Positions 19,236-28,505 of a stretch of 64,000 bases of DNA are shown one piece after another. Position 1 is the stretch's first letter, and every line of letters begins with the position of its first letter. Under the pieces are notes generated by a model. The model had not been told where the DNA came from and made no database searches. It worked only from the letters and a program-made list of their open reading frames with translations. A program made the position numbers and the translations under genes. The DNA is taken from NCBI GenBank assembly GCA_044223735.1, contig JBGALR010000038.1, positions 2,147 to 66,146 on the forward strand, given 5' to 3'. Source of the DNA: Limisphaerales bacterium. Lineage in GTDB: Bacteria > Verrucomicrobiota > Verrucomicrobiia > Limisphaerales > UBA8199.

Positions 19236-20801
19236 ATGGCGTTGCTGCTTATGAATGGCTTTGGCGTTTTCAGTCTGCTGTCCTGCATCCTTCAACTCTC
19301 CGTTCCCTCGTATTCACTCCGCTTGGTCCGGCGATACGGCACCGCGCGGGTGGGCTGGTTTATTGTTACCGCCTTCGCCGCGCTGGCAGTGTTGCAACTG
19401 TTGCGGCCGATGAAACCGATGTCGTCCGGCGGCATGGCGGGAGGAACCATGGACATGCTGATGTGTGGTTCAGCGGTCTTGTTGGTGATCGGCTTGGGTC
19501 ATATCGAAACGCTGCTGGCCGCGCATCAGGAAGCGGAGCGGCAGGCGCGCCGCCTGCGTAACGAATGCGAAACGCAGGCGGAAGAAAAGTCAACCGACCT
19601 CGCCCGCTTGAATCAGGAATTACTTCTGAAGATTGCCGCCTTTGAGAAGAATGAAATTGTTTTGAAAGAGTCGGAGGCGGAATACCGCTTTTTGTTCGCG
19701 GAAAATCCGCAGCCCATGTGGATTTTTGATTTACGATCTTTTAGATTTCTGGCCGTCAACAAAGCCGCTCTTCGCCAATACGGTTATACCCAGGAAGAAT
19801 TTACTGCCCTAAACGCCCGCGATCTCGTTCCTTCCGGGGTATCCGCCCGCTTTCAAACCGACGCAGCCAAACCATGCTCCTCCGTTCAAATGCGTGGCAC
19901 CTGGCAGCATTGCCGAAAGGACCGAAGTCTCCTGGAAGTGGAAATCACGGCTCTCGATTTACGCTATGGCGGTTATCCGGCCCGATTGATTCTCGGCACA
20001 GACATGAGCGTGCGGAACGAGGAGAAAAAGCAATATTTCGAGGATCAGAAACAGGAAGTCGCGGGTCAGCTCGCGGGTGGTGTCGCTCACTATTTCAACA
20101 ATACTCTTAGCATCATCAGTGGTCATGTCAGTCTGCTCGCGCATGAACAGCCGGATCAAAAAGCTGCGGACCATCTAAATCATATCTCGAATGCGGTGAG
20201 TTGTGCCGCCGGCCTTTCCCGGCAACTGCTCATCTCCAGCGGTCACTTTCCCATGAAACAGGAAATGGTCGATTTGAACGCGCTTCTGCGCGGTCTGCAG
20301 CCCACGATTTCACGACTGGTCGGCAAGGATATCGTGGTCCAGTCAATCTTCGGTCTGGAGATGCCGCGCATCCCCGCGGACGCGCGCCTGATCGAACACA
20401 TCGTGATCAACCTCATCCTCAATGCGCGCGACGCGATGTCCGTGGGCGGCACGATCACCGTGCGCACGGAGAGCGTGCGGCTGGGCGAATCTTCGATCGG
20501 CGAACGCGGGGGTATTTCGCGAACCGGAAACTTTGTTCGCCTCGCCATTCGTGATACCGGTTGCGGCATCACACCCGAAGTGCGGGCCCATTTGTTTGAG
20601 CCCTTCTTCTCGACCCGCGGCGTCGGCAAAGGACGCGGACTGGGCCTGGCCAGCGTCCACGGTGCGGTGCGGCAACATGGCGGTTGGGTCGAATATTCCA
20701 GCGAACCCGGTAAGGGCGCTGAGTTCACCATCTTTTTCCCGGAAGTTCCCCCCGCGATCAAGCACACTGAGACCGAATTTCACCGGCGAATGCGCTGCTA
20801 G
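19236..20801 (+). CDS. Membrane-anchored PAS sensor histidine kinase
   Basis: Three N-terminal hydrophobic helices, coiled coil, two PAS-like segments, HisKA (QLAGGVAHYFNNTLSIISGH), and HATPase_c (NLILNARDAM, DTGCGI, GRGLGLA). The longest ORF begins at GTG 19185. Confidence 0.8.
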   Translation: MALLLMNGFGVFSLLSCILQLSVPSYSLRLVRRYGTARVGWFIVTAFAALAVLQLLRPMKPMSSGGMAGGTMDMLMCGSAVLLVIGLGHIETLLAAHQEAERQARRLRNECETQAEEKSTDLARLNQELLLKIAAFEKNEIVLKESEAEYRFLFAENPQPMWIFDLRSFRFLAVNKAALRQYGYTQEEFTALNARDLVPSGVSARFQTDAAKPCSSVQMRGTWQHCRKDRSLLEVEITALDLRYGGYPARLILGTDMSVRNEEKKQYFEDQKQEVAGQLAGGVAHYFNNTLSIISGHVSLLAHEQPDQKAADHLNHISNAVSCAAGLSRQLLISSGHFPMKQEMVDLNALLRGLQPTISRLVGKDIVVQSIFGLEMPRIPADARLIEHIVINLILNARDAMSVGGTITVRTESVRLGESSIGERGGISRTGNFVRLAIRDTGCGITPEVRAHLFEPFFSTRGVGKGRGLGLASVHGAVRQHGGWVEYSSEPGKGAEFTIFFPEVPPAIKHTETEFHRRMRC

Positions 20802-20819
20802 TCAGGGTCGCCAGCGAAC

Positions 20820-22082
20820 CTATCGCGCAGTTGCGATGGCTCGCACGCCTTCGATGAGACGATCCACTTCGCTCTCGGTCGTGTAACATGCGCAGCCCGC
20901 GCGGACGAGTCCCTCGCGGGTCATGCCCAGTTTCGCGAGCACGCCGGTTGCATAAAAATTTCCGTTGGAGACGAACACTGCTTCACGCGTGAGTGCTACT
21001 GCGACGTTTTTTGACTCAAGTCCGCGGACGCTAAAGGACACCGTCGGCGTACGCGGTTTGCCGGGCGGCGGGCCGTAGCATTGCACGCCATCAATTGCCG
21101 ACAAACCATTCCACAATCGCGCAACCAGAGCGTCACCGCGTTCGTGCAGTTCCGAAATCGCGCGCATTAATCGCTCCCGGCGCGTGGCGCCCGGAGCGAG
21201 GGACGCGAGAAACTCAACCGCCGCCGCCGCACCAACAATCCCTTCGTGGTTCTGCGTGCCGGTTTCCATGCGATCGGGAATCTCATCTGGCGCGGGATCC
21301 AGTTTTGGCACATCCAGGGCCGCCATCGTTTCCGCACGACCATACAAAACGCCTGTGTGGGGGCCGTAAAATTTGTAAGGCGAGCACGCGAGAAAATCGC
21401 AGTCCAACGTTTTGACATCGATGACCCGGTGCGCGGCGAAGTGAACGGCATCCACGTAACACAAAGCGCCGTGTTTATGAGCTAGCTGCGCGGCGTCGCG
21501 GACTGCGGAGATGGTGCCGAGTGCGTTGGATGCGGCGCCGATGGCTACGAGGCGGGTCTTCTTATTCACCGCGCACTCCAATTCGTCCCACACCAGTCCG
21601 CCAGTCGCCGGATCAAACGGAACGAGTCGGACCGTGATGCCACGGTCCTTGGCCAGCGCGCGCCACGGAGCGACATTCGCTTGATGGTCCAATTCCGTCA
21701 CCACCACTTCGTCACCCGGTCCCCAGTTGCGTCCCAACGCCCGCGCAGCGTGGAAGGTGATGGTCGTCATATTATTGCCAAACACTACTTCACGTGGCGA
21801 TGCGTTGAACAAGTCTGCGAACGCCTCGCGCGCATGCGTCAATGCGGCATCGGTTTCGGCACTCGTCGGATAGTTCCAATGCGTGTTGGCGTTATGGTTG
21901 AGCAAATAATCGGAAATGGCATTGACCACCTTTTGCGGTACCTGCGTGCCGCCGGGCCCGTCGAAATAAGCGACCGGCTTGCCCGCATGCTTGCGTGACA
22001 GCGCGGGAAAGTGTGAGCGAATGGTTTCAGGCGAGGCCAGCCCTCGATCAGAAATGGTCGGCACGGTTGGTTGTGTGGTCAT
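20820..22082 (-). CDS. Class V aminotransferase-fold PLP enzyme (cysteine desulfurase / SufS-IscS-like superfamily)
   Basis: ...LACSPYKFYGPHTGVLYG... PLP-lysine region, 420 aa, fold-type I AAT class V pattern. Confidence 0.75.
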   Translation of the reverse strand: MTTQPTVPTISDRGLASPETIRSHFPALSRKHAGKPVAYFDGPGGTQVPQKVVNAISDYLLNHNANTHWNYPTSAETDAALTHAREAFADLFNASPREVVFGNNMTTITFHAARALGRNWGPGDEVVVTELDHQANVAPWRALAKDRGITVRLVPFDPATGGLVWDELECAVNKKTRLVAIGAASNALGTISAVRDAAQLAHKHGALCYVDAVHFAAHRVIDVKTLDCDFLACSPYKFYGPHTGVLYGRAETMAALDVPKLDPAPDEIPDRMETGTQNHEGIVGAAAAVEFLASLAPGATRRERLMRAISELHERGDALVARLWNGLSAIDGVQCYGPPPGKPRTPTVSFSVRGLESKNVAVALTREAVFVSNGNFYATGVLAKLGMTREGLVRAGCACYTTESEVDRLIEGVRAIATAR

Positions 22083-22148
22083 AAATCCCCGCGCATGGGA
22101 AAGCGGATCAGCCTATTCGTCAATGGGAAATTACTATTAGTGCCCGCC

Positions 22149-22982
22149 TCACTTTTGCGCGAGCAAAGTGAGCCTCGGCCACCACCACACGATGCGCCCT
22201 TCTTCCGTATCGAGGCGCAATGTGGCGCGTACATGCGCTGAGGCATCGCGGACCGCAGCAAGCACGAGTTCGCGATTCTGAGGCGACGTGCCCGCAGTGT
22301 CGAAATACCATTGCAGATCCGGTTGTTTCAACGGGTGCAATTCGGAGCGCACGACGCGCATGCCCGCATCGCGGATCAATTTTTCCCATGCCCCCGGCGA
22401 TAGGAAACGGCCATGGCTGGGATCGCGCCACTTTTCGACCTGATGTAGCCACGCCTCCGTTTCGGTATCTTTATCCGGCACGCTGCTGTCAATCAGCAGG
22501 AAGTGTCCTTGCGGTCGCAATACCCGTGCGACTTCGAACACGAATTTCGAGGGAGAGCTGAAATGATGCGGCGCCACGCGCGAGGTCACCAAATCAAACG
22601 AACCGTCATCGAACGGCATTGCCTCTGCGGGAAACAATTTTGCGTCCGCCGTGAAGCTGCTCTCCGCCAACAGCCTTTGCGCGTTCACGAGCATGCGGGG
22701 GGCAATGTCGCCCAACGTGACCGACCATCCCTGGCGCGCGAGATACAATGCGGTGTGGCCGCCGCCGGTGGCGACGTCGAGCGCGATGCCATTGGCGGGC
22801 TTCGTAACTCCCGTTAACCCGGCCGCGACATCGCCGGTGTCCGCGAGGATGTGCGCGTGTCCATAGCGATCACTTTGCCGGTCAAATTGGGCCGCCGCTG
22901 CCGCCTGAACCAAGTCAAAATTTTGTTGCTCCACATGACAAAGTTGCCTCCTTCCGTGTTGAAAATCGAGTCTCGGCTGCAA
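22149..22982 (-). CDS. Class I SAM-dependent methyltransferase (Methyltransf_11-like)
   Basis: LDVATGGGHTALYLARQGWSVTLGDIAPRML motif I/II, ...FDLVTSRVAPHHF..., ...LRPQGHFLLID... Confidence 0.7.
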   Translation of the reverse strand: MQPRLDFQHGRRQLCHVEQQNFDLVQAAAAAQFDRQSDRYGHAHILADTGDVAAGLTGVTKPANGIALDVATGGGHTALYLARQGWSVTLGDIAPRMLVNAQRLLAESSFTADAKLFPAEAMPFDDGSFDLVTSRVAPHHFSSPSKFVFEVARVLRPQGHFLLIDSSVPDKDTETEAWLHQVEKWRDPSHGRFLSPGAWEKLIRDAGMRVVRSELHPLKQPDLQWYFDTAGTSPQNRELVLAAVRDASAHVRATLRLDTEEGRIVWWWPRLTLLAQK

Positions 22983-23024
22983 CTTTGTGGACTAATGGAT
23001 GAAGGAGCCCGGGACCCATTTCGA

Positions 23025-23522
23025 TTACGCGACCTGCGAGGTAGCTATTCTTTGGCGGGTGAACGCGATCAATCCGCCTGCGTCAATGATGGCCTGGCGC
23101 GATTTGGGTAATCCCACGATGGGGAATTGCCGTCCGGTTCGCTGGTTAATGACAGCGTGATCAGCGATTTCCAATTCGTCGCCGACCTCGGCTTCGATCT
23201 CGGGGCAGACAATCATGCGCAATCCGAGGTTGATGCCGTTTTGTAGAAAGATGCGCGCAAAGTCGCGCGCCACAATCGTGAGGTTGTGGCCCTTCAGGCA
23301 GGAGACCGCCTGCTCGCGGGATGAGCCGCAACCGAAATTCTTCCCGCCAAGTAGAACACTGGCTGCTGGAATTTGTCCGGACTTGAGTTTGGTATTGAAC
23401 GTGGCGTCGTCCACAAAAGCGAATTGCGGGGTCTCAGTGGGCAACACAGTCGCCATGTAACGGCCCGGATAGATGACGTCGGTTGAAATGTCGTCACCGA
23501 CTTTGAATACGACTTGTGGCAT
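23025..23522 (-). CDS. leuD: 3-isopropylmalate dehydratase small subunit (LeuD, short archaeal-type)
   Basis: 165 aa, MPQVVFKVGDDISTDVIYPGRY..., the aconitase swivel-domain signature of LeuD type 2. It lies directly downstream of leuC. Confidence 0.85.
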   Translation of the reverse strand: MPQVVFKVGDDISTDVIYPGRYMATVLPTETPQFAFVDDATFNTKLKSGQIPAASVLLGGKNFGCGSSREQAVSCLKGHNLTIVARDFARIFLQNGINLGLRMIVCPEIEAEVGDELEIADHAVINQRTGRQFPIVGLPKSRQAIIDAGGLIAFTRQRIATSQVA

Positions 23523-23533
23523 GCGATTGTATT

Positions 23534-24817
23534 TCAGTTTGGTTTTCGAGGGTCAGTGATCACACCGGTCAGGGCGGAAGCGGCAGCGACGGCGGGCGAA
23601 CAGAGATAGACACCGGATTTGGGATTACCCATGCGTCCTTTGAAATTGCGATTGGTGGTCGAGAGGGCCGTTTCGCCGTCGCCGAGCGCGCCTTCGTGGA
23701 CGCCGAGGCACGGACCGCAACCGGGATTCATGACGACGGCGCCAGCTTTGACAAACGCTCCGATATATCCCCGCGCCAAAGCTTGGCGATAAATTTTTCC
23801 AGACGCTGGAAATACGAGCATCCGGGTGTTCCGCGCAACCGTGTGGCCTTTGACGATTCGCGCCGCCATGGCGAGGTCGTCAAGGCGGCCGTTGGTGCAG
23901 GAACCGATGACGACCTGATCCACCTTCACTCCTGTCACCTGCGCAATTGACTTTACGTTGTCCACTGTGTGGGGACAGGCGATTTGCGGCTCCAATTTTG
24001 AAACGTCGATATTGATTGTGCGTTCATAGACGGCGTCTGAATCGGGACGGACAAAATCAATCGGATCTGTCACCCCGGCTTCTTCGCGAAGGTAGCGCTC
24101 AGTTTCTTTGTCCGCGGGGACGATGCCCGCCGTCGCGCCCGCCTCCACCGACATGTTGCAAAGCACGAGTCGCCCGGAGGTCGGCATTCGCTGAATCGCG
24201 GGACCGTGAAATTCGAGCACCTTGAAATTTGCGCCTTGGGCGCTGATTAAGCCTATCAGATGCAGGATAAAGTCCTTCGGTCCGACGAAGTTCGTGAAGC
24301 GCCCAGTGACCACAACCTTGATGGTTGGGGGGACCTCGACATTGAGAACGCAGCCTAACGCCCATACGCTGGCCATTTCGGTCGCGCCGATGCCGAACGC
24401 GAAGGCGCCGAGCGCCCCATGGCTGGTGGTGTGGGAATCCGTGCCTACCACCACGCTGCCGGGACGAACGTAACCGTTTTCCGGCAGAATCTGATGGCAG
24501 ATGCCGCCAACGTCGCCGCGAATGTCATGGAACTTCCTCACATTTTGCGCCGCAACGAAGTTGCGTACTTTCTTTTGATTGGAAGCCGTCTTGGGCGACT
24601 CTGCGGGAACACGATGGTCAAAGACCACGGCCACGCGGGTGGGATCCCAGATTTTCGGTTCCAGCGAAGTGCCCTCATAAATTTCGAGGAATTGGTTGAT
24701 GACCAGCGCGGCATTCTCGTGTGACATCGCGAGATCAACCCGTGGTTCGACGACCTCTCCGGCTTTGAGCGACTCAACGCCGCATGCCCGGGATAGAATT
24801 TTTTCGACGGTGGTCAT
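23534..24817 (-). CDS. leuC: 3-isopropylmalate dehydratase / homoaconitase large subunit (LeuC type 2)
   Basis: 427 aa aconitase-family large subunit (...VGTDSHTTSHGALGAFAFGIG..., Cys ligand region ...GSCTNGRLDD..., ...NPGCGPCLG...). Confidence 0.85.
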   Translation of the reverse strand: MTTVEKILSRACGVESLKAGEVVEPRVDLAMSHENAALVINQFLEIYEGTSLEPKIWDPTRVAVVFDHRVPAESPKTASNQKKVRNFVAAQNVRKFHDIRGDVGGICHQILPENGYVRPGSVVVGTDSHTTSHGALGAFAFGIGATEMASVWALGCVLNVEVPPTIKVVVTGRFTNFVGPKDFILHLIGLISAQGANFKVLEFHGPAIQRMPTSGRLVLCNMSVEAGATAGIVPADKETERYLREEAGVTDPIDFVRPDSDAVYERTINIDVSKLEPQIACPHTVDNVKSIAQVTGVKVDQVVIGSCTNGRLDDLAMAARIVKGHTVARNTRMLVFPASGKIYRQALARGYIGAFVKAGAVVMNPGCGPCLGVHEGALGDGETALSTTNRNFKGRMGNPKSGVYLCSPAVAAASALTGVITDPRKPN

Positions 24818-24843
24818 ATCGATTTGGGGTGCGGATCCGACGA

Positions 24844-25776
24844 TTACGCAACGATCTTTTTCTCGCCCCGGTATTTGTTTTCGATTTTATCGGCCGGGAG
24901 ATAATTGTTCTCCAGCGTGCGGTAATCTTTGAGGCCCACGAAATCGGTGAATTGTTCGAAGGAGGAAACCCATTCCGTTTGACCCGCGAGGATCCCCGTG
25001 GGTGATTTCTTCAGCGCGGTGAAAAACGTCATGAGCGACTTGTGCGTCACCATGATGGAGGCAACGGGGATCGAGACACGCCCGACACCCATCGCAGCGA
25101 GTTCGGGAATGGGCACCAGTTCGGTTTTCATGCCCGAAATGGCATCCATCAAATTGACGGAGAGTGGTCCTTCGAGTTCTTTGATGGCGCGTTGAATGTC
25201 TGCCCGGGTTTTGATGCCATCGATGAAAGCCAGGTCGGCTCCGGCTTCGAGGTAAAGATTGCAGCGGGCGATGGCCTCATCAAGGCCGAGCACCGAAAAC
25301 GCATCGGTCCGGGCGTTGATAATGAAATCCTTGTCGAGCGCTTTGCGCACGTCGTCGCAGGCGCGAATTTTCCCCGCCATTTCCTTGGCCGAGATTACTT
25401 CCTTGCCGCCCATGTGACCGCATCGCTTCGGGAAGACCTGGTCTTCGAGATTCATTCCCGCCACCTCCATGGCGATCAAACGCTCGGTAACCCAGGCGGC
25501 GTTGATGGCGTTGCCGCCACCGGTATCGACGTCAGCCATGACAGGGATGGAGACGGCCTGCGCAATGTTCCAGGTCAGGTCCAGGATGTCCTTCATTTGG
25601 ACCAGCCCGACGTCCGGCCTGGCCAGCAGCGACGCGGCGATGCCGTAGCCGGAAATTTGCACGGCTTCAAAGCCGCATTTCTCGATGATCTTCGCGCTTA
25701 GGGCATCATGGCAACCGGGGACGACTACCGCACGCCGGTTCATGACAGCGCGCCTCAGAACGGTGGATTGTTTCAT
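24844..25776 (-). CDS. Isocitrate lyase / PEP mutase superfamily protein (methylisocitrate-lyase PrpB-like)
   Basis: ...VVPGCHDALSAKIIEKCGFEAVQISGYG..., ...PVMADVDTGGG..., ...NLEDQVFPKRCGHMGGKEVIS..., which is the ICL/PEPM family signature K[RK]CGH. The ATG at 25776 abuts the leuB stop (25773). The track ORF begins earlier, at 25917. Confidence 0.75.
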   Translation of the reverse strand: MKQSTVLRRAVMNRRAVVVPGCHDALSAKIIEKCGFEAVQISGYGIAASLLARPDVGLVQMKDILDLTWNIAQAVSIPVMADVDTGGGNAINAAWVTERLIAMEVAGMNLEDQVFPKRCGHMGGKEVISAKEMAGKIRACDDVRKALDKDFIINARTDAFSVLGLDEAIARCNLYLEAGADLAFIDGIKTRADIQRAIKELEGPLSVNLMDAISGMKTELVPIPELAAMGVGRVSIPVASIMVTHKSLMTFFTALKKSPTGILAGQTEWVSSFEQFTDFVGLKDYRTLENNYLPADKIENKYRGEKKIVA

Positions 25777-26900
25777 AAGAATTTGTTGGCGATGGCTTGC
25801 GCCATTTGCAGGGTGGTTGCGGAGCCGCCCATATCGTAAGTGCGAACTTTGCCGTCGGCGATGACTTGGGCCACGGCATATTCCACCGCAGCGGCTTTGG
25901 CTGTTTCGCCCAACCACTCCAGCATCATTTTTGCCGCCAGGATTGTGGCGATTGGATTAACCTTGTTTTGACCCGCGTATTTGGGCGCGGAACCGTGCGT
26001 GGGTTCAAACACAGCAAGCTTCTGGCCGATGTTGCCCGAGCAGGCAAAACCAAGGCCACCGACCATTTGCGCGCACAAATCGGATATGATATCCCCATAG
26101 AGATTAGGGGCGACCAGCACGTCGTAGTTCAACGGATTCTTAAGCAACCACATGGTCAACGCGTCGATGTTCGCCTCGTCCATTTGAATCTCGGGGTAAT
26201 CCCTGGCGACCGTGCGGGCGGCTTCCAGGAAGAGGCCATCGGTGGCGCGCACCACGTTGGCCTTGTGAACGACGGTGACCTTCTTCCGGTTAAATTTGCG
26301 GGCGAAATCAAACGCGGCGCGGGCGATTCTTTCGGAACCGGCCCGAGTATTGATCTTGCACGATACAGCGTATTCGTCCGGCGCCAGCCGCGCAAACGGC
26401 GCGAATGGCTTGGCCAGCCTTTCCAGCGTACTGGCCAGCTCCGCTGGCACCGGAGAAAATTCCACTCCCGCGTAAAGGTCCTCGGTATTCTCGCGGAAAA
26501 CGACGAGGTTGATCTTCTCTTTGAAATTGAGGGCGTTGCCTGGATAGCCCTTGCAGGGCCGCAGACAAACGTACAAATCAAACAATTGGCGCATGCGAAC
26601 AATCGGAGATCGATAAGTGAGGCCTTTGTTCTGCAACGGCGGGTCCAATTCGTTCGCGGCGATACGGGTGGGCTTCGAGGTGATCGCGCCAAACATCGCT
26701 GCGTCCACGTTTTTCAAAAGGTCGATCGTTCGTGTGGGAAACGAATCGCCTTCATGGCGCCAGCAGTCCCAGCCGATGTCGCCTGGAATATATTCGGCCT
26801 CAACCCCGGTAGCGTTCAATACCAGCCTCGCGGCTTCCAGTACTTCGGTCCCCACTCCATCACCCGGCAACCATGCAATCTTGTATTTGGCCATACGCAA
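25773..26900 (-). CDS. leuB: Isocitrate/isopropylmalate dehydrogenase family protein (LeuB-like beta-decarboxylating dehydrogenase)
   Basis: MAKYKIAWLPGDGVGTEV..., ...NLYGDIISDL... signature of the ICDH/IPMDH family. It heads the cluster with leuC/leuD. Confidence 0.75.
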   Translation of the reverse strand: MRMAKYKIAWLPGDGVGTEVLEAARLVLNATGVEAEYIPGDIGWDCWRHEGDSFPTRTIDLLKNVDAAMFGAITSKPTRIAANELDPPLQNKGLTYRSPIVRMRQLFDLYVCLRPCKGYPGNALNFKEKINLVVFRENTEDLYAGVEFSPVPAELASTLERLAKPFAPFARLAPDEYAVSCKINTRAGSERIARAAFDFARKFNRKKVTVVHKANVVRATDGLFLEAARTVARDYPEIQMDEANIDALTMWLLKNPLNYDVLVAPNLYGDIISDLCAQMVGGLGFACSGNIGQKLAVFEPTHGSAPKYAGQNKVNPIATILAAKMMLEWLGETAKAAAVEYAVAQVIADGKVRTYDMGGSATTLQMAQAIANKFL

Positions 26901-27122
26901 TTAATATGTCTGACGCATGAGAAAGTTAGCCCTCCAGTGGTGTGTGGGGCTCCTCATGTGTTGCCAATCCTTGACCGCTTTTTGCCGTTCCCTGATAGAC
27001 TCAACGGCCGCTTACTCCCTTGAAAAGGCGCTTCCCATGCTTCACCTCGTGGTTTAGTTTCGTCAGCCTGCAATCCACGGTGCAGGGTGGGTTGAATGTC
27101 TTGAGCGAGAATCCGTAACCAT

Positions 27123-28445
27123 ATGAATTGCGATTCTAGTTTTGCCCTCAGATGGTCCCGCAGCATCCGAAGTTTTTTTCCGTTCTGCGTTTTGGTGGCG
27201 GCAGGGTTTTTGAACGCTGCTGAACCAGCTACGAACAATCAAGTTCCAGTGGTTGATGGGGTCGTGATGCCAAAGAGGGCCGTCGTCGCCACCATCGTGG
27301 ACGCCATGCAGTTCCTGAAAAAGGCGGACGGCGCGTATGTGCCCGGCCGCATCGACGGCGAACTCGCCGGCTATTTTACGAGCGCGTTTGTCAATGCAGA
27401 TGGCACGCGTTCCGACCGCAAGCTTTCCTATCCGGCGCGACAACATGCGTATTTTATTTTTACGTTTCTGCGCTACGCCGCTTACAGCGGCGAAGAGGAG
27501 TGGCTCTTGCGCGCGCGAGATTTGGCGGATTGGAATTTGCGCCATCTGACGCCGACCAACGCGGTGTATGCGGGCATTCCTTATTCCACCATGCAAAACG
27601 GCAAGCCCGGTGGCTCGCGAGATGCGGATAGCATTGAACCAGACAAGGCCGCATTTATCGGCAGTGCGTATCTGGCATTGTACGACGCGACGAAGGCCCA
27701 GAGGTATCTTGATGAGGCGAGTAATATCGCGGACACACTCGTCCGTCACCAAAATGCGGATGGCAGTTGGCCGTTCCGCGCGGTGCCCGAAGACGGCACC
27801 GTAAGGCAATCCATTGGCGGTGCCCCGGTTTTCTTCGTGGAGTTTTTTGAGGGTATGGTACGCCATGCCAAGAAGCCGGCATATCAAGAGGCGCATGATC
27901 GCGCGCTGAAATTGATGCTCACGCGGAACGTCGAAAAAAATCTCTGGGGGACCTACCATGAGGATATCGGGGGCAAAGCCGACGATTACCTCTCCGCTGA
28001 ACCGATGTCGTTCACCGCCGACTATCTGTTTCGCCATGCCAAGGCACACCCCGATTACATAGCGCTGGGCCAGCAAGTGCTTAAAAGCATGGAAGGCCGG
28101 TTGGTGTTCACCAACGGCCACGCTGCGGCGCCGGCTCCAGCAGTCGCGGAACAAGCTGGCTTTGTGCATATCATGCCGGGTCACACCGCACGGTATTGCC
28201 TCGCCCTCGCTGACGAATACCAGGCGACCGGCAACCGAGCGGTCAAAAAAAAGGCGATCTCCGGGATCAACGCCATAACCTATATGCAATCGCCGACGGG
28301 CCTGTTCGCGACTTTTTTCTTTTCCGTGAAAGAGAATGCGCGGAACAAGGAAAGGCCGAATTGGTATTCGCAGCACCTTTACACAGTTTGCCATCTGTTG
28401 GAAATAATGCCCCTCATACCCGACGCCTTTCCGGTTCAGAAATAG
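27123..28445 (+). CDS. Secreted hypothetical protein (signal peptide; possibly alpha/alpha-toroid glycosidase-like)
   Basis: N-terminal signal peptide (FFPFCVLVAAGFLNAAEP). Composition and motifs (DGSWPF, WGTYHED) fit a secreted enzyme. The opposite-strand ORF 27063-28472 is Arg-rich antisense noise. Confidence 0.5.
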   Translation: MNCDSSFALRWSRSIRSFFPFCVLVAAGFLNAAEPATNNQVPVVDGVVMPKRAVVATIVDAMQFLKKADGAYVPGRIDGELAGYFTSAFVNADGTRSDRKLSYPARQHAYFIFTFLRYAAYSGEEEWLLRARDLADWNLRHLTPTNAVYAGIPYSTMQNGKPGGSRDADSIEPDKAAFIGSAYLALYDATKAQRYLDEASNIADTLVRHQNADGSWPFRAVPEDGTVRQSIGGAPVFFVEFFEGMVRHAKKPAYQEAHDRALKLMLTRNVEKNLWGTYHEDIGGKADDYLSAEPMSFTADYLFRHAKAHPDYIALGQQVLKSMEGRLVFTNGHAAAPAPAVAEQAGFVHIMPGHTARYCLALADEYQATGNRAVKKKAISGINAITYMQSPTGLFATFFFSVKENARNKERPNWYSQHLYTVCHLLEIMPLIPDAFPVQK

Positions 28446-28505
28446 CCCGAGTCTACCGCATTCGTAGATCACAAGAAACGAACCATCTTAATCGCGCGAG
28501 CATTG

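Noticed and set aside
25797-27023. 408 aa plus-strand ORF opposite leuB, and 219 aa ORF (25042-25701) opposite the PrpB-like gene
   Set aside because: They are antisense to genes with clear family signatures. They are Arg/Gly/His-rich with no motifs.
27063-28472. 469 aa minus-strand ORF overlapping the secreted hypothetical gene
   Set aside because: It is Arg-rich and has no signal peptide or domain logic. The plus-strand ORF has a signal peptide and balanced composition, so the plus strand was kept.
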